Shown piece after piece: positions 1-9,936 of a stretch of DNA of 64,000 bases. Location of the stretch: NCBI GenBank assembly GCA_963796685.1, contig CAWCMR010000025.1, positions 928,001 to 992,000 on the forward strand, written 5' to 3'. Numbering within the stretch: the stretch's first letter is position 1; each line of letters opens with the position of its first letter. A program made the translations under genes and the position numbers. The DNA comes from an uncultured delta proteobacterium (lineage in GTDB: Bacteria > Myxococcota_A > Polyangia > Fen-1088). Below the pieces are notes generated by a model that saw only the letters and a list, made by a program, of their open reading frames with translations, did not search any database and was not told where the DNA came from.

Positions 1-8
1 AGGCTTGC

Positions 9-851
9 GTGCTCGACCTTCATCAACTCATCGCCAAGGCCCACGACCTCGAACCCATCCCGATGAGCGGGACCAAGCTGGCGAACCTCGTCGTCGATCC
101 CGAGTCGACCCTGGAGAGCATCACCGAGGTGGTCAGCCTGGACCAGGCCCTGACTGGCCGGGCCCTGCGCGCCGCCAACTCCGCCGCCAGCGCCGCGCGT
201 TCGACCATCACCACGGTCAAAGACGCCGTCGTTCGCCTCGGGCGCAGCACCATGCTCACCCTCGCCTTTGGAACCAAAGTCCGCCAGCAACTACAGCAGG
301 CCATCCCCGAATTCGGGCTGGCCGAAAACATGCTATGGCGCCACTCCGTCGCTGCGGCGCTTGCCGCCGAAGCCATGGGGTCGCTGTGCCAGGTGCCAAT
401 TCCTCCTGAGTCCTATGCGGCGGCGCTGTTGCACGACATCGGCAAGCTGGTGCTCGCGCGCTTCCTCGACCCCGAGTTGCTCTCGTACCTCGAGCGCGCG
501 CAGCGCGAAGGTCGCGACAGCCCCCTCGAAGCCGAGATGGAGATCCTGGAGGTCAACCACGCCGAGCTCGGCGGGCTGATCGCGCGCCACTGGGGTCTGC
601 CGAGCACCATCGCACTCGGCATCCAATACCATCACACGCCCACCGACGATCACCCGCTGGTCTGCCACGTGGTCTGCGTCGCCAACGTGCTGGCCAAGAC
701 CATCGTGCCCGAGACCGAGGCGCCACCGCCCTACCCCGAAGATCATACGGCTTCGTTCCGCAAGCTCGGCATCGATGGCGAGCTCGAAAAGCGCATCTGC
801 CAGGCCGTCGGCGCCCGCTTCGCCAAAGTCCTCGAGCTCTTCGGCCTGTGA
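9..851 (+). CDS. HDOD domain (HD-like signal output) protein
   Basis: 'DQALTGRALRAANS', 'DAVVRLG', 'LWRHS', 'ALLHDIGK', 'HAELGGLIARHWGLP...IQYHH' are typical HDOD motifs. Confidence 0.9.
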   Translation: MLDLHQLIAKAHDLEPIPMSGTKLANLVVDPESTLESITEVVSLDQALTGRALRAANSAASAARSTITTVKDAVVRLGRSTMLTLAFGTKVRQQLQQAIPEFGLAENMLWRHSVAAALAAEAMGSLCQVPIPPESYAAALLHDIGKLVLARFLDPELLSYLERAQREGRDSPLEAEMEILEVNHAELGGLIARHWGLPSTIALGIQYHHTPTDDHPLVCHVVCVANVLAKTIVPETEAPPPYPEDHTASFRKLGIDGELEKRICQAVGARFAKVLELFGL

Positions 852-870
852 AGGCTCGGCCCCTCACAGA

Positions 871-1561
871 ACCTCCGAGGCTTCCCATGATCGCGTTGGC
901 GTAGCCGGGCTTTGCCCGGCGAAGCCAGAGCGCGGGAAGGAATGGAAACCCTTCGAGGGTTTCCATATCAGTCGCGTTGGCGTAGCCGGGCTTTGCCCGG
1001 CGAAGCCAGAGCGCGGGAAGGAATGGAAACCCTTCGAGGGTTTCCATATCAGTCGCGTTGGCGTAGCCGGGCTTTGCCCACCGACTGCGTCGGTGCTTCG
1101 GGACCTCCACCTCCCCGCCCTCCCCCTCGCGTCCTTCGGACGCACCCCTCGCGGCTTCGCCAGAGCGCGGGAAGGAATGGAAAACCTTCGAGGGTTTCCA
1201 TATCAGTCGCGTTGGCGTAGCCGGGCTTTGCCCACCGACTGCGTCGGTGCTTCGGGACCTCCACCTCCCCGCCCTCCCCCTCGCGTCCTTCGGACGCACC
1301 CCTCGCGGCTCCGCCAGAGCGCGGGAGGGTTTGGGAACCCTCCAGTACCGCCGCCGGGCCCAAGGCCCGGATCCTTCGGTCATGACACGTGGCAGCCCCT
1401 CACCCTCCTCGCTTGCGCTCGGCGACCTCTCCCCGCTCCGCTCCGCTGCGCGGGGCGAGGTGGTTTCAGGTCAGGGTTCCCATGATCGCGTTGGCGTAGC
1501 CGGGCTTTGCCCGGCGAAGCCAGAGCGCGGGAGGGTTTGGGAACCCTCCCAGGGTTCCCAT
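871..1561. repeat. BIME-like mosaic of GTAG-type REP units between convergent genes
   Basis: TCGCGTTGGCGTAGCCGGGCTTTGCCC starts at 891, 972, 1053, 1207 and 1486; palindrome ATGGAAACCCTTCGAGGGTTTCCAT at 942 and 1023, variant at 1177; a ~75-bp insert occurs at ~1080 and ~1234. Confidence 0.9.
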
Positions 1562-2359
1562 TTAACTAGTACAGAGATTCTTGTCCCGGGCGATCTTCTG
1601 GATGGCGCGCAAGCGCTCCCTGACCTGATGCGCGCGCGGCGACTTGGGATAGCGTCTTGCCAGATCCTCGTACATGGCCTTGGCGTCGCTGCAGAACTTG
1701 AGCACCACGAACGACTCGGCGAGCTGCCACATGGCCTCGGGCACCTCGGACGCGCGGGGGAATCGCTGGATGAGGTTGGAAAACTCGGCCGCGGCGTTGC
1801 TGTACTTGAGCTCCTGGACGAAGGAGATGCCGACCTGAAGCTGGGCCTGCGGGGCACGCGGGTCGTCGGGAAAACGCTGGACAAAGGAACGCAGGAAGCG
1901 CCGGGCCTCTTCACGCTGGCCATCGCTCAGGCGTTTTTGCGCTTCCTTCCACAACGCCTCCTTGTCCTCGGGCATGGTGGGCGCCACGCGCTCCACGATG
2001 CGCTGCTGGTTCGACTGGAGCTGCTGTTGGGTCTGCTCGACGGCGGCCACCTTGGTGGTGAGCTGCGCGACCATGTACTTGGCCTCTTCGATCTTCCCGC
2101 TCACGGCCGCGATGTCGGTTTCGTTCTTGGCCACCCGGGCGCCGAGGTCGGCCGAATTGCGCCCGAGCAGATCGGTGGCCTGGTCGAGCACGGTACGGAG
2201 CTTGGCGACCTTCTCGTTGATGTCGCGATCGCGCACGTCGAGGACGTCCAGCCGCTGGCGCAGCTGGGCGATGTCGGCGTTCATCTTGTCACCCTGGCCG
2301 GTCGTTACACAACCGACCAGGGCAAATCCGAGCAGTGCGCATGCTAAGCCGGAGCGCAC
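1562..2359 (-). CDS. cpoB: Tol-Pal-associated TPR lipoprotein CpoB/YbgF
   Basis: Lipobox LVGC, N-terminal coiled coil, TPRs ('FVQRFPDDPRAPQAQ', 'RYPKSPRA'); lies downstream of a Pal-like gene; GTG start after an AGAAGGGA RBS. Confidence 0.8.
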   Translation of the reverse strand: MRSGLACALLGFALVGCVTTGQGDKMNADIAQLRQRLDVLDVRDRDINEKVAKLRTVLDQATDLLGRNSADLGARVAKNETDIAAVSGKIEEAKYMVAQLTTKVAAVEQTQQQLQSNQQRIVERVAPTMPEDKEALWKEAQKRLSDGQREEARRFLRSFVQRFPDDPRAPQAQLQVGISFVQELKYSNAAAEFSNLIQRFPRASEVPEAMWQLAESFVVLKFCSDAKAMYEDLARRYPKSPRAHQVRERLRAIQKIARDKNLCTS

Positions 2360-2394
2360 GGTGAGTTCCCTTCTGAATCGAAGCAGCGAGGCGC

Positions 2395-3153
2395 CTACTT
2401 CCATTCCGAATCGACGCGACGATCCTTGGCCCAGCTGGCTTCATCGGTGCCGGTGGCATCGAGATTGCCGCGCGGAACGGGCTTGAGGCGCGAGCTTTCG
2501 ATCCCGGCCTGGCGCAGGTAGTCCCGCACCGCCTGGGCGCGACGATCCGACAGGGCCATGTTGTACTCGGTGGTGCCGCGCGGATCGGCGTGGCCGATGA
2601 GGTCGACGCTGCGCCCGGTCTTCTTGAGGCAAGACGCGTTCTTGGACAACGTGCTCCGCGCATCTTGGGTCAGCGAGGACACGTTGAAGCCGAAGTACAC
2701 GGTATCGAGCGGGCAAGGTGGCCCCTCGACGGCCTTGGTCTTCCCGCCCACGCAGCGGCCGCGCTGGCAGTCCATGTCCTGCGGGCAGTCGTCTTCCTTC
2801 ATGCACTGGGCCTTGCCGCACAGGCCGCCGTTGCAGATCGACCCGGCGGGACACTGCATGTCCGACTGGCACGGGCCGCAGCGATTGGCCGAGCAGACTT
2901 GACCTGCGGGACACTGCGAGTTGTCCTTGCAGAACCCGGCGATGAGGTTGCACTTGCCGTTGTTGCACTCGCGTCCCTCGCCGCAATCATTGCTGTTGCG
3001 GCACTGCTGGCACTTGCGGGCAACGCAGAATTCCTTGGACTTGCAATCCTTGTCGGTGTCGCAAGCCGGGTACTCGGGCTTGCATGCCGTCGAGGCCACG
3101 AGGAGGGTGGCCACAATAAATCCTAGCTTCCATTGGTAGTTTTTCATGTGCAT
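2395..3153 (-). CDS. Pal-like OmpA-domain lipoprotein with N-terminal Cys-rich repeats
   Basis: Lipobox STAC; about five C-x4/5-C-x5-C-x4-C repeats; OmpA_C motif 'GHADPRGTTEYNMALSDRRAQAV...DRRVD'. Confidence 0.85.
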   Translation of the reverse strand: MHMKNYQWKLGFIVATLLVASTACKPEYPACDTDKDCKSKEFCVARKCQQCRNSNDCGEGRECNNGKCNLIAGFCKDNSQCPAGQVCSANRCGPCQSDMQCPAGSICNGGLCGKAQCMKEDDCPQDMDCQRGRCVGGKTKAVEGPPCPLDTVYFGFNVSSLTQDARSTLSKNASCLKKTGRSVDLIGHADPRGTTEYNMALSDRRAQAVRDYLRQAGIESSRLKPVPRGNLDATGTDEASWAKDRRVDSEWK

Positions 3154-3280
3154 GGCTCTCTGAGGGGCTTCTAAAGCGTCCTTGACTCGCTGTCAACGTC
3201 GAGTCGCGGGGCGGAGAATATCACGTGATCTCCTCGCGCGACCTGAATCCGTGCTATGGGATTCGCCACAAGTCGGTCCG

Positions 3281-3895
3281 ATGGAGTGGCTGCTCAGTCA
3301 ACTTACCTCCCATGTATACGCCAAGTTGGCGGGAATTTTGCTGCTCTGTGGCCTTGGTATACCCATTCCCGAGGACATTTCGCTCATCTCCGCGGGGTAC
3401 CTTGCGCACCTGGGAACCGTCGACCTTCACGCCGTATTCCTGGTCTGCTTTGCCGCGGTGCTCGGCGGCGACTCCCTGGCCTTCGTCATGGGCCGCACCT
3501 TCGGCACGAAGATCCTGGCCAGCCGGTTCGGCCATCGCTACTTCAACCCCAAACGGCAACGCCGCGTGCGCGCCTACTTCCGCACCTACGGCAGCAAGGT
3601 CGTCTTCATCGCGAGGTTCTTGCCCGGGCTGCGCTTCTCGATCTTTCTGTCGGCGGGCATGCTGCACGTCCGTCCCTACGTGTTCATCGTCTACGACGCG
3701 CTGGCCGCCCTGCTTTCGGTCCCGTTCCTGGTCTACACGTCCTACTACTTCGGTGACAAGATCGACCACGTCGTCAAGTGGGCCCGGCGCTCGGAGTACG
3801 GCATCCTGGTACTGGTCGGCGTGGCCGGCTTGTTCGTCGCCTTCAAGGTGATCCGCAAGCGTCGCGCCCGCCCCGCCATCGCCGAACAGCCGTAG
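3281..3895 (+). CDS. DedA family membrane protein
   Basis: 'GLGIPIPEDISLISAG', 'GDSLAF', 'FIARFLPGLR'. Confidence 0.92.
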   Translation: MEWLLSQLTSHVYAKLAGILLLCGLGIPIPEDISLISAGYLAHLGTVDLHAVFLVCFAAVLGGDSLAFVMGRTFGTKILASRFGHRYFNPKRQRRVRAYFRTYGSKVVFIARFLPGLRFSIFLSAGMLHVRPYVFIVYDALAALLSVPFLVYTSYYFGDKIDHVVKWARRSEYGILVLVGVAGLFVAFKVIRKRRARPAIAEQP

Positions 3896-3924
3896 CACCT
3901 CGCGTGTCGTTCCCAGATGGATCC

Positions 3925-3950
3925 GTAGGGGCGGTTTTCAAACCCGCCCT
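3925..3950 (+). repeat. Isolated GTAG-type REP
   Basis: GTAG followed by hairpin GGGCGG-TTTTCAAA-CCCGCCC, between convergent genes. Confidence 0.6.
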
Positions 3951-3980
3951 CGGGTGGCTGGATGCCCTCGAAACCAATCC

Positions 3981-4760
3981 TTATGGGAACCTGATCTGCG
4001 CGCCCAGCCCGACATCGAGATCGATGCGGAACCAGCGTGCGAACCCGATGGTTTCGCCGAACTGGACAAAGAATCCCGCGTTGCGGATGGGGTCGTACAT
4101 CAGCCCGTTGGCGTTGCGCATGCCATAGTCGCTGCTGCTGATGCCCTCGCGGCTCGCCGAAAAGTCGGTGTAGTCGTACATGAATTGCAGGGTGGTGTAG
4201 AATTTGAGCGCGACATCTTCATCCAGCCAGAAGCGAACGCCGGGCGCTAACGCAAGCTGATGACTGCCGGCAATAGCCGGATCGCTCTGCAGGCCGAAGC
4301 GGATGTCGGCGATGATGTCCGCGCGCGCGGCCACGCCGAAGGAAAGCTGGAAATCGAGGAAGAAGGGAACGCTGTGCGCACACACCCGCTTGCTCTGGAT
4401 GCCCGATGAGTCACCGCAGTATTGGCCGTCCTTATAGGGCACGACCAGGCGATAGCCCGAGCCCGGCATGATGGACAGGCCGGTCTGGTACTTGTGGTTC
4501 GACTGGGCGGGCCCGCCGAAGAACTTGGGCGGCTCCGCGGCCTCCTCGGGGGCCGCCTGCTGGACGGGCTTGGCCTTGTGCTTGGGCCTTGGAGCCTGCT
4601 CCTCGGCCCCGGTGACGGGCGCCGTCTCGGGCGCGGAGCTCGCGGTATCTTGCCCCGCGGCCGGCGCGCTGCTCGGGCTATCCTCGGCGTTCGCCGAGTT
4701 GGGCGAGACAGCGGGAACGACTACCATCATACTCAGGGCAATGACCCACAGGTTCCTCAT
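3981..4760 (-). CDS. Secreted protein, probable small outer-membrane beta-barrel
   Basis: Signal peptide, Pro/Ala linker, alternating amphipathic strands, C-terminus 'GLGAQIRFP'. Confidence 0.6.
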   Translation of the reverse strand: MRNLWVIALSMMVVVPAVSPNSANAEDSPSSAPAAGQDTASSAPETAPVTGAEEQAPRPKHKAKPVQQAAPEEAAEPPKFFGGPAQSNHKYQTGLSIMPGSGYRLVVPYKDGQYCGDSSGIQSKRVCAHSVPFFLDFQLSFGVAARADIIADIRFGLQSDPAIAGSHQLALAPGVRFWLDEDVALKFYTTLQFMYDYTDFSASREGISSSDYGMRNANGLMYDPIRNAGFFVQFGETIGFARWFRIDLDVGLGAQIRFP

Positions 4761-4844
4761 GGCGGGCGCTAGTATCGAATGAGTGGGCGTGGTTTGCCAG
4801 AGCCGCGATCGCTCGAGGAACGTTCGCAGTCGTCCGGGTGCGCC

Positions 4845-5609
4845 ATGACCGGCTTGTCCCGGCGACGGTTCCTGGCCGGCCTGACTGCCGCCGGCCTGCT
4901 TCTTTCCGGACGCGGGGCCCGCGCCCTCGGGGATCTGTCCAAGCTCCGCTTCCTGCGCCTGCGCTTCCCGGATTTGCCCGATCCGCGGCCGAGCGCCCTT
5001 CGCCGCCTGGCCTGGGAGCTGGAGCGACGAACCAGCCTGGTGACGATCCCCGACCCCATCGAGCTGCCCCTGTCCAGCCCCGAGCTCTTCCGCTACCCCC
5101 TGTGCGTGCTTTCCGGCGACCGCGCGTTCGCCATGCCGTCCGACGGCGACATCGTTCGCCTGCGCCGCTATCTGACCTTCGGCGGCTGCATGCTCGTCGA
5201 TTCGGCCGAGGACCACGCGGGCGGCGTCTTCGACCAATCCGTGCGCAAGCTGCTGGCGCGCGCGCTGCCGGGGGATCTGCCCAAGCCGGTTCCCGACGAC
5301 CACGTGCTGTGGAAGTCCTTCTACATCCTGCACGGGGTTCCCGGGCGCGTGCTGGCCTCGCCCATCGTGGAGGCGATCGAGCGCGACCGCCGCCTGGCCG
5401 TCATCTACACCCAGAACGACCTCGGCGGAGCCATGGCGCGCGACGGCTTCGGGCGCTGGGAGCACGACGTGGTCCCGGGTGGCGACGATCAGCGCGAGCG
5501 CACGTTCCGCTTTGCCGTGAACGTGGTCATGTACGCGCTTTGCCTGGACTACAAGACCGAGCAGGCGCACATCGACTTCATCATGCGTACGCGGAGAGCC
5601 CGCCCGTGA
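4845..5609 (+). CDS. DUF4159 family protein with Tat signal
   Basis: SRRRFL Tat motif; 'LRRYLTFGG', 'IYTQNDLGGA', 'NVVMYALCLDYK'. Confidence 0.85.
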   Translation: MTGLSRRRFLAGLTAAGLLLSGRGARALGDLSKLRFLRLRFPDLPDPRPSALRRLAWELERRTSLVTIPDPIELPLSSPELFRYPLCVLSGDRAFAMPSDGDIVRLRRYLTFGGCMLVDSAEDHAGGVFDQSVRKLLARALPGDLPKPVPDDHVLWKSFYILHGVPGRVLASPIVEAIERDRRLAVIYTQNDLGGAMARDGFGRWEHDVVPGGDDQRERTFRFAVNVVMYALCLDYKTEQAHIDFIMRTRRARP

Positions 5610-7904
5610 ACCGCCTCGGGCTCATCGCCGACTGGCGGCTGACCTTCGGCACCCAGCTTGCGCGCGGCACCCTGGTCTTGCTCATGGTGGCCGCCGCGCT
5701 CACGGTGGCCATCTCGGCCCTCTCGCTGTGGCGCGAGCGCCGTCGCGGGAGGAACCTCATCGTGTTCACCCTGCGCCTGTTGGCCGTGGCCATCTGTTTG
5801 CTGGTCTGCATGCAACCGCGGCTCGAGTTCGGTCAAGTGAGCGTGGTGCCCAATACCATCGCCGTGTTGGTGGACGCCTCGCGCTCGATGAGCGTCGCGC
5901 CGCCCGATCGCGGTCCCACGCGTTCGGAGCGCGTGGCCGGCATCTTGGCCAGCGCCGCGCCCACCTTCTCCGCGTGGGAGAAGAGCGGCCACAAGATCGA
6001 GGTGTACGGCTTCGGCGAAGGCCTCACACCTGCATCGCTGCTCTCGCTGCCCGCGCCCAAGGCCGAGGCCACGCGCATCGGTGAAGCCCTGTCCGAGCTG
6101 CGCACGCGCTTGGCGGGCCGCGATCTCGGCGCCGTGGTGCTGCATTTCCGACGGCATCGACACCGGCCGCATCGGCCGCGGCCCGCTCGACGCCGACACG
6201 CGCAAGACCTTGGAGGCGCTGGCCGCGCCGGTGCACACGGTCTTCATCGGGGAGAAAGAGCTGCGCGACCTGTCGGTGGCAGCCGTGTTGGCCGACGACT
6301 TCGCCTTCGTACGCACGCCGGTGAAGCTGGAGGCGGTGCTTCGCCACAGCGGGCTGGGCGGGCGCATGGTCGAGGTGTCGCTGCTGCGCGACGGACGCTT
6401 GATCGACGCCAAGGCGGTGGTCCTGCGCAAGGATGCGCCGGAAGCGCGCGTGGTCTTCGATTACACCCCCGACCAGCCGGGCAACCACGTGTTCGAGATC
6501 AAAACGCCCGTGCTGGCCGGCGAGGCGCTGGACAGCAACAACAGCCAGGCCTTCACCCTCAAGGTCATCCGCGACCGCATCCGCATCCTGCACGTATGCG
6601 GCCGGCCGTCATGGAACGAACGTTTTCTGCGCTCGATGTTGCGCCTCGACCCCAACGTCGATCTGGTTTCGTTCTTCATCCTGCGCACCGACAACGACGA
6701 CATGACCATGGGTCCGGACGAGATGTCCCTCATCCCGTTTCCCTACAAGGAGATCTTCGACGAGCAGCTCAAGTCGTTCGACCTGCTCATCTTCGACAAT
6801 TTCAACTTCAAGCCCTATTGGGTCGAGCCCTACTTGCCCGGCGTGCGCGCCTACATCGAGGCGGGTGGCGCCTTGGCCATGGTGGGCGGCGATCTTTCCT
6901 TTGCCAGCGGAGGGTATGGCGACAGCGCCCTTCACGATGTTCTGCCCGTGGAGCTTGCCGGCATTCCCCGCGACGGCCCCCTGTCCTTTACGACCGACAC
7001 CTTCCGACCGCGCCTGACCCCGGAGGGTCGCACCCATCCGGTGACCTCGCTCAACCTCGACGAGAAAATCAACGAATCGCGCTGGGCGGCCTTGCCCCCT
7101 CTCGTGGGCATCAACCGCGTCGCCGGGCTGCGGCCGGGGGCGCGCGCGCTGCTGGTCCATCCCTCGCAAAAGAGCGGCGACGGCAAACCGGCCCCGGTGC
7201 TCGCCGTCGCCGAGGTCGGCAAGGGGCGCACCCTGGCGCTCATGACCGACAGCGCTTGGGGCTGGGGATTCCAGGCCGCCGGCGCGGGCGACGATGGACG
7301 CGCCTTCCAGCGCTTCTGGGAGGGCGCCATCCGATGGCTGGTGCGCGACCCGGCGCTGACCCATTTGCGCATCGACCTCGACAAGGTCGAATACCGGCGC
7401 GGCCAGACGGTGTCCTTGCGCGTGCGCGCCTTGCGCGCCGACTACAGTCCCGCCGCCAACGTCGATGTCGCGCTGGAATTGCGGCCGGCCACGGCGGGCG
7501 ATACCGTCGTCCCGCTGCGCACCCTCAAGGTCACCACCAGCGGCGACGAGGGCGAGGCCGAGGTCGAGCTCGACGCGCTCGACCCGGGGGCCTACCGACT
7601 GGTCGGCAGAGCGGTCATCGATGGACGATCCGTGGAGGAACAGACCACCTTCGTCATTCGCCCCGAGGGCCACGAGCTGGACGACGTCATCGCGCGCGAT
7701 TCCGTGCTGCGCGAGATCGCCGAGGCCAGCGGGGGCGAGCTCTACGACGGCACCCTCGGCGATCCCAGCGTGCGCCCGCCACGCAAGGTGCGCGTGGGCA
7801 GCCTGCGCACCGTCGAGGTCTGGTCGAATCCGCTGCTGCTCCTGCTGGCCATCGGCCTGCTGGTGGCCGAATGGACCCTCCGAAGACGCACGGGACACGC
7901 GTGA
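5606..7904 (+). CDS. Membrane protein with VWA-like and class I GATase-like domains (frameshift ~6143)
   Basis: 'LVDASRSM' and 'VL-ISDG' joined across a 1-base insertion; 'PNVDLVSFFILRT', 'GGALAMVGG', C-terminal 'EWTLRRRTG'; usual partner of DUF4159. Confidence 0.8.
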
Positions 7905-7910
7905 CGGAGT

Positions 7911-8012
7911 CACCACAGAGACGCAGAGAGCACAGAGCCGGAGGGGAAGGCATGCGATCCGGACAAGCCCTTCTTTCCTATCCGCCTCCGAGCTCTCCGT
8001 GCCTCTGTGGTG
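7911..8012. repeat. Intergenic inverted-repeat pair (REPIN-like)
   Basis: CACCACAGAGACGCAGAGAGCACAGAG at 7911 pairs imperfectly with CTCCGAGCTCTCCGTGCCTCTGTGGTG at 7986-8012. Confidence 0.7.
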
Positions 8013-8043
8013 AAAAACTCCCAGGTGGTAGTAGTTGCGTCTG

Positions 8044-9936
8044 ATGTCGCTCGCCGTCGTCGTGCTGGCCATCGCCTTGCGGGTCGCGTGGGTGCTGGCC
8101 GTGCCCAGCAAGCCCGTGGGCGATTTCGCCATGTATGTCGAGTCGGCCGCGCACCTGGTCGAGCACGGCGGCTTCGACTCCGAATACGTGTTCATGCCGG
8201 GCTACATTTTTCTGATTGCGCCGGTGCAAGCCCTAGGTGGGGGCTGGCTGGCCACCAAGCTCTTGGGCGCGGTGCTGGGCGGGCTGGGCGCCGGGGCGGT
8301 GCTGGGCCTCGCGCGCAGAATGGCGGGCGGATCCGCGCGGGTGGCCCTGATGGCGGGCCTGCTCTACGCCTGCTGGCCGGCCGGGATCGCCATGGCCAGC
8401 GTGACCGGAACCGACATGCCCGCCGCGGTGCTGCTGATCGTCGCCGCGTATTTCCTCGTGCGCTTCGCCGACAGCCGGCCGACCGCGGCCGCCATCTTGT
8501 TCGGCGTGTTCACGGGATTCGCCGCCACCATTCGCGCCATCGTCGTGCCCCTGGCCGCGCTGGCGGTGCTGGTCTTCCGCGCGCAGGGAAAATCCTGGCG
8601 TACTTCGGTCGAGTCTACGGCCATCGCGTGCCTGGTCGCGTTCCTGATGCTGGTCCCGTGGGCCGTGCGCAATCGCCTGCGCTATGGTGAAACCTTCTTC
8701 ACCGACAGCCACGGCGGCCTGACCGCGCTGGTAGGAGCCAACCCCGACACCGACGGCTGCTACTCGCGCTCGCTCAATCGCATGTTCCACGACGTGACCG
8801 GGTTCGCACTTTTGGCCGAGCCCCATCGCGCTGCCGATCGCGCCGCCATGGCCATCGCCGAAGACTGGACCCGATTCGATCCGCTGTTTACCCTCGGGCT
8901 GCTGGCCGACAAGGCCGAGCGTCTGCTCGTGCACGAACGCGCCCTGCTCTACTGGCCGCTCTTTCGTGCCGGCGTGTTGCCGCCCGCTTACCAAGCCTTC
9001 TTCGCGCTCCACCGCAGCACGCTCGAGGCCGTTGCCGACGACTTCTGGCTGGCGGTGCTGGCGCTTGCTCTCATGGGTTGCGCGGTGGCCTATGCGCGCA
9101 AGCAATGGCTCGCGCTTTCGCTGCTGCCCCAGGCGATCGCCCTGGCCCTGCTCTACACCGCCATCTTCGCCGAGCCGAGGTACCGCCTGCCCATCTTCAT
9201 GTTGCTGCTTCCTCTATCCGCCCTCGCCCTCGACTGGCTATGGCAAACGGGACGCGGCCTCGTCCGTCGCTCCGCGCCGCCGGCATGGAAACGCGAGGCC
9301 GCACTGGCCGTCGGCCTGGCCACGCTGGTCTTTGCCCTCGCGCCTGCGCTGGCCTGGGCCGGCGGCAAACTGCGCGAGCACCACCGCTGGGCCGTGGACG
9401 AGTGCGCACTGGCGGGAAAGCCGCGGTTCTGCAAGTGGCGCATGCTCGGCAGCGAAGGCGAGCTACGATGGACGTCCGACCATCAAGGGCGTGTGGAACG
9501 GGGTCGGCCTCGCGCTGCCCGAAGCGACGCCGGGCGCGACGCCGGAAAAGAAGGCCTCGATCACGGCGGAATCCGAATTGGCTTTGGCCCCTGGCGACTA
9601 CACCCTCTCCGTGGCCCTCGACCTGGCGCCGCGGGTTCGGTATCCGCGGCGCAAGACACGAGCGGTTCGGTCCTGTTTTCCAGCGACGGACAGGCGCTCT
9701 CGCCCATGGTTCCGCTCGCCGAGGTGGCCCGCGCCTCACGCGAAGGCCGCACCCTCACGTGGCGTTCGCCCCTTCACCACGCCGGGGGACCGCTGCGTCT
9801 GACGGTGCGGGCCGAGGTGCCGCACGCGCCGGAGCGCCCCTCGCCCACCCGCCTCTGGTTAGGCGAGCTGCGCGTCGAGCAAGGGCTCAACGCGCCTTAT
9901 GGCCCCGATGCTTCGTCGCCGGGCCCGACTCGCTGA
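8044..9936 (+). CDS. Polytopic GT-C-like (ArnT/PMT-like) membrane protein; probable frameshift ~9460
   Basis: Many TM segments; 'GDFAMY', 'PWAVRN', 'EPRYRLP'. Confidence 0.65.
   Translation: MSLAVVVLAIALRVAWVLAVPSKPVGDFAMYVESAAHLVEHGGFDSEYVFMPGYIFLIAPVQALGGGWLATKLLGAVLGGLGAGAVLGLARRMAGGSARVALMAGLLYACWPAGIAMASVTGTDMPAAVLLIVAAYFLVRFADSRPTAAAILFGVFTGFAATIRAIVVPLAALAVLVFRAQGKSWRTSVESTAIACLVAFLMLVPWAVRNRLRYGETFFTDSHGGLTALVGANPDTDGCYSRSLNRMFHDVTGFALLAEPHRAADRAAMAIAEDWTRFDPLFTLGLLADKAERLLVHERALLYWPLFRAGVLPPAYQAFFALHRSTLEAVADDFWLAVLALALMGCAVAYARKQWLALSLLPQAIALALLYTAIFAEPRYRLPIFMLLLPLSALALDWLWQTGRGLVRRSAPPAWKREAALAVGLATLVFALAPALAWAGGKLREHHRWAVDECALAGKPRFCKWRMLGSEGELRWTSDHQGRVERGRPRAARSDAGRDAGKEGLDHGGIRIGFGPWRLHPLRGPRPGAAGSVSAAQDTSGSVLFSSDGQALSPMVPLAEVARASREGRTLTWRSPLHHAGGPLRLTVRAEVPHAPERPSPTRLWLGELRVEQGLNAPYGPDASSPGPTR

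Noticed and set aside
775-1485. ORFs across the repeat region
   Set aside because: They are translations of palindromic repeats on both strands.
871-1561. CRISPR array
   Set aside because: Intervening sequences are repeated rather than unique, spacing is irregular (81, 81, 154, 279 bp) and there are no cas genes.
4838-8044. 1068-aa ORF and other long Arg/Pro-rich ORFs
   Set aside because: Shadow frames of GC-rich genes, joined through a frameshift.
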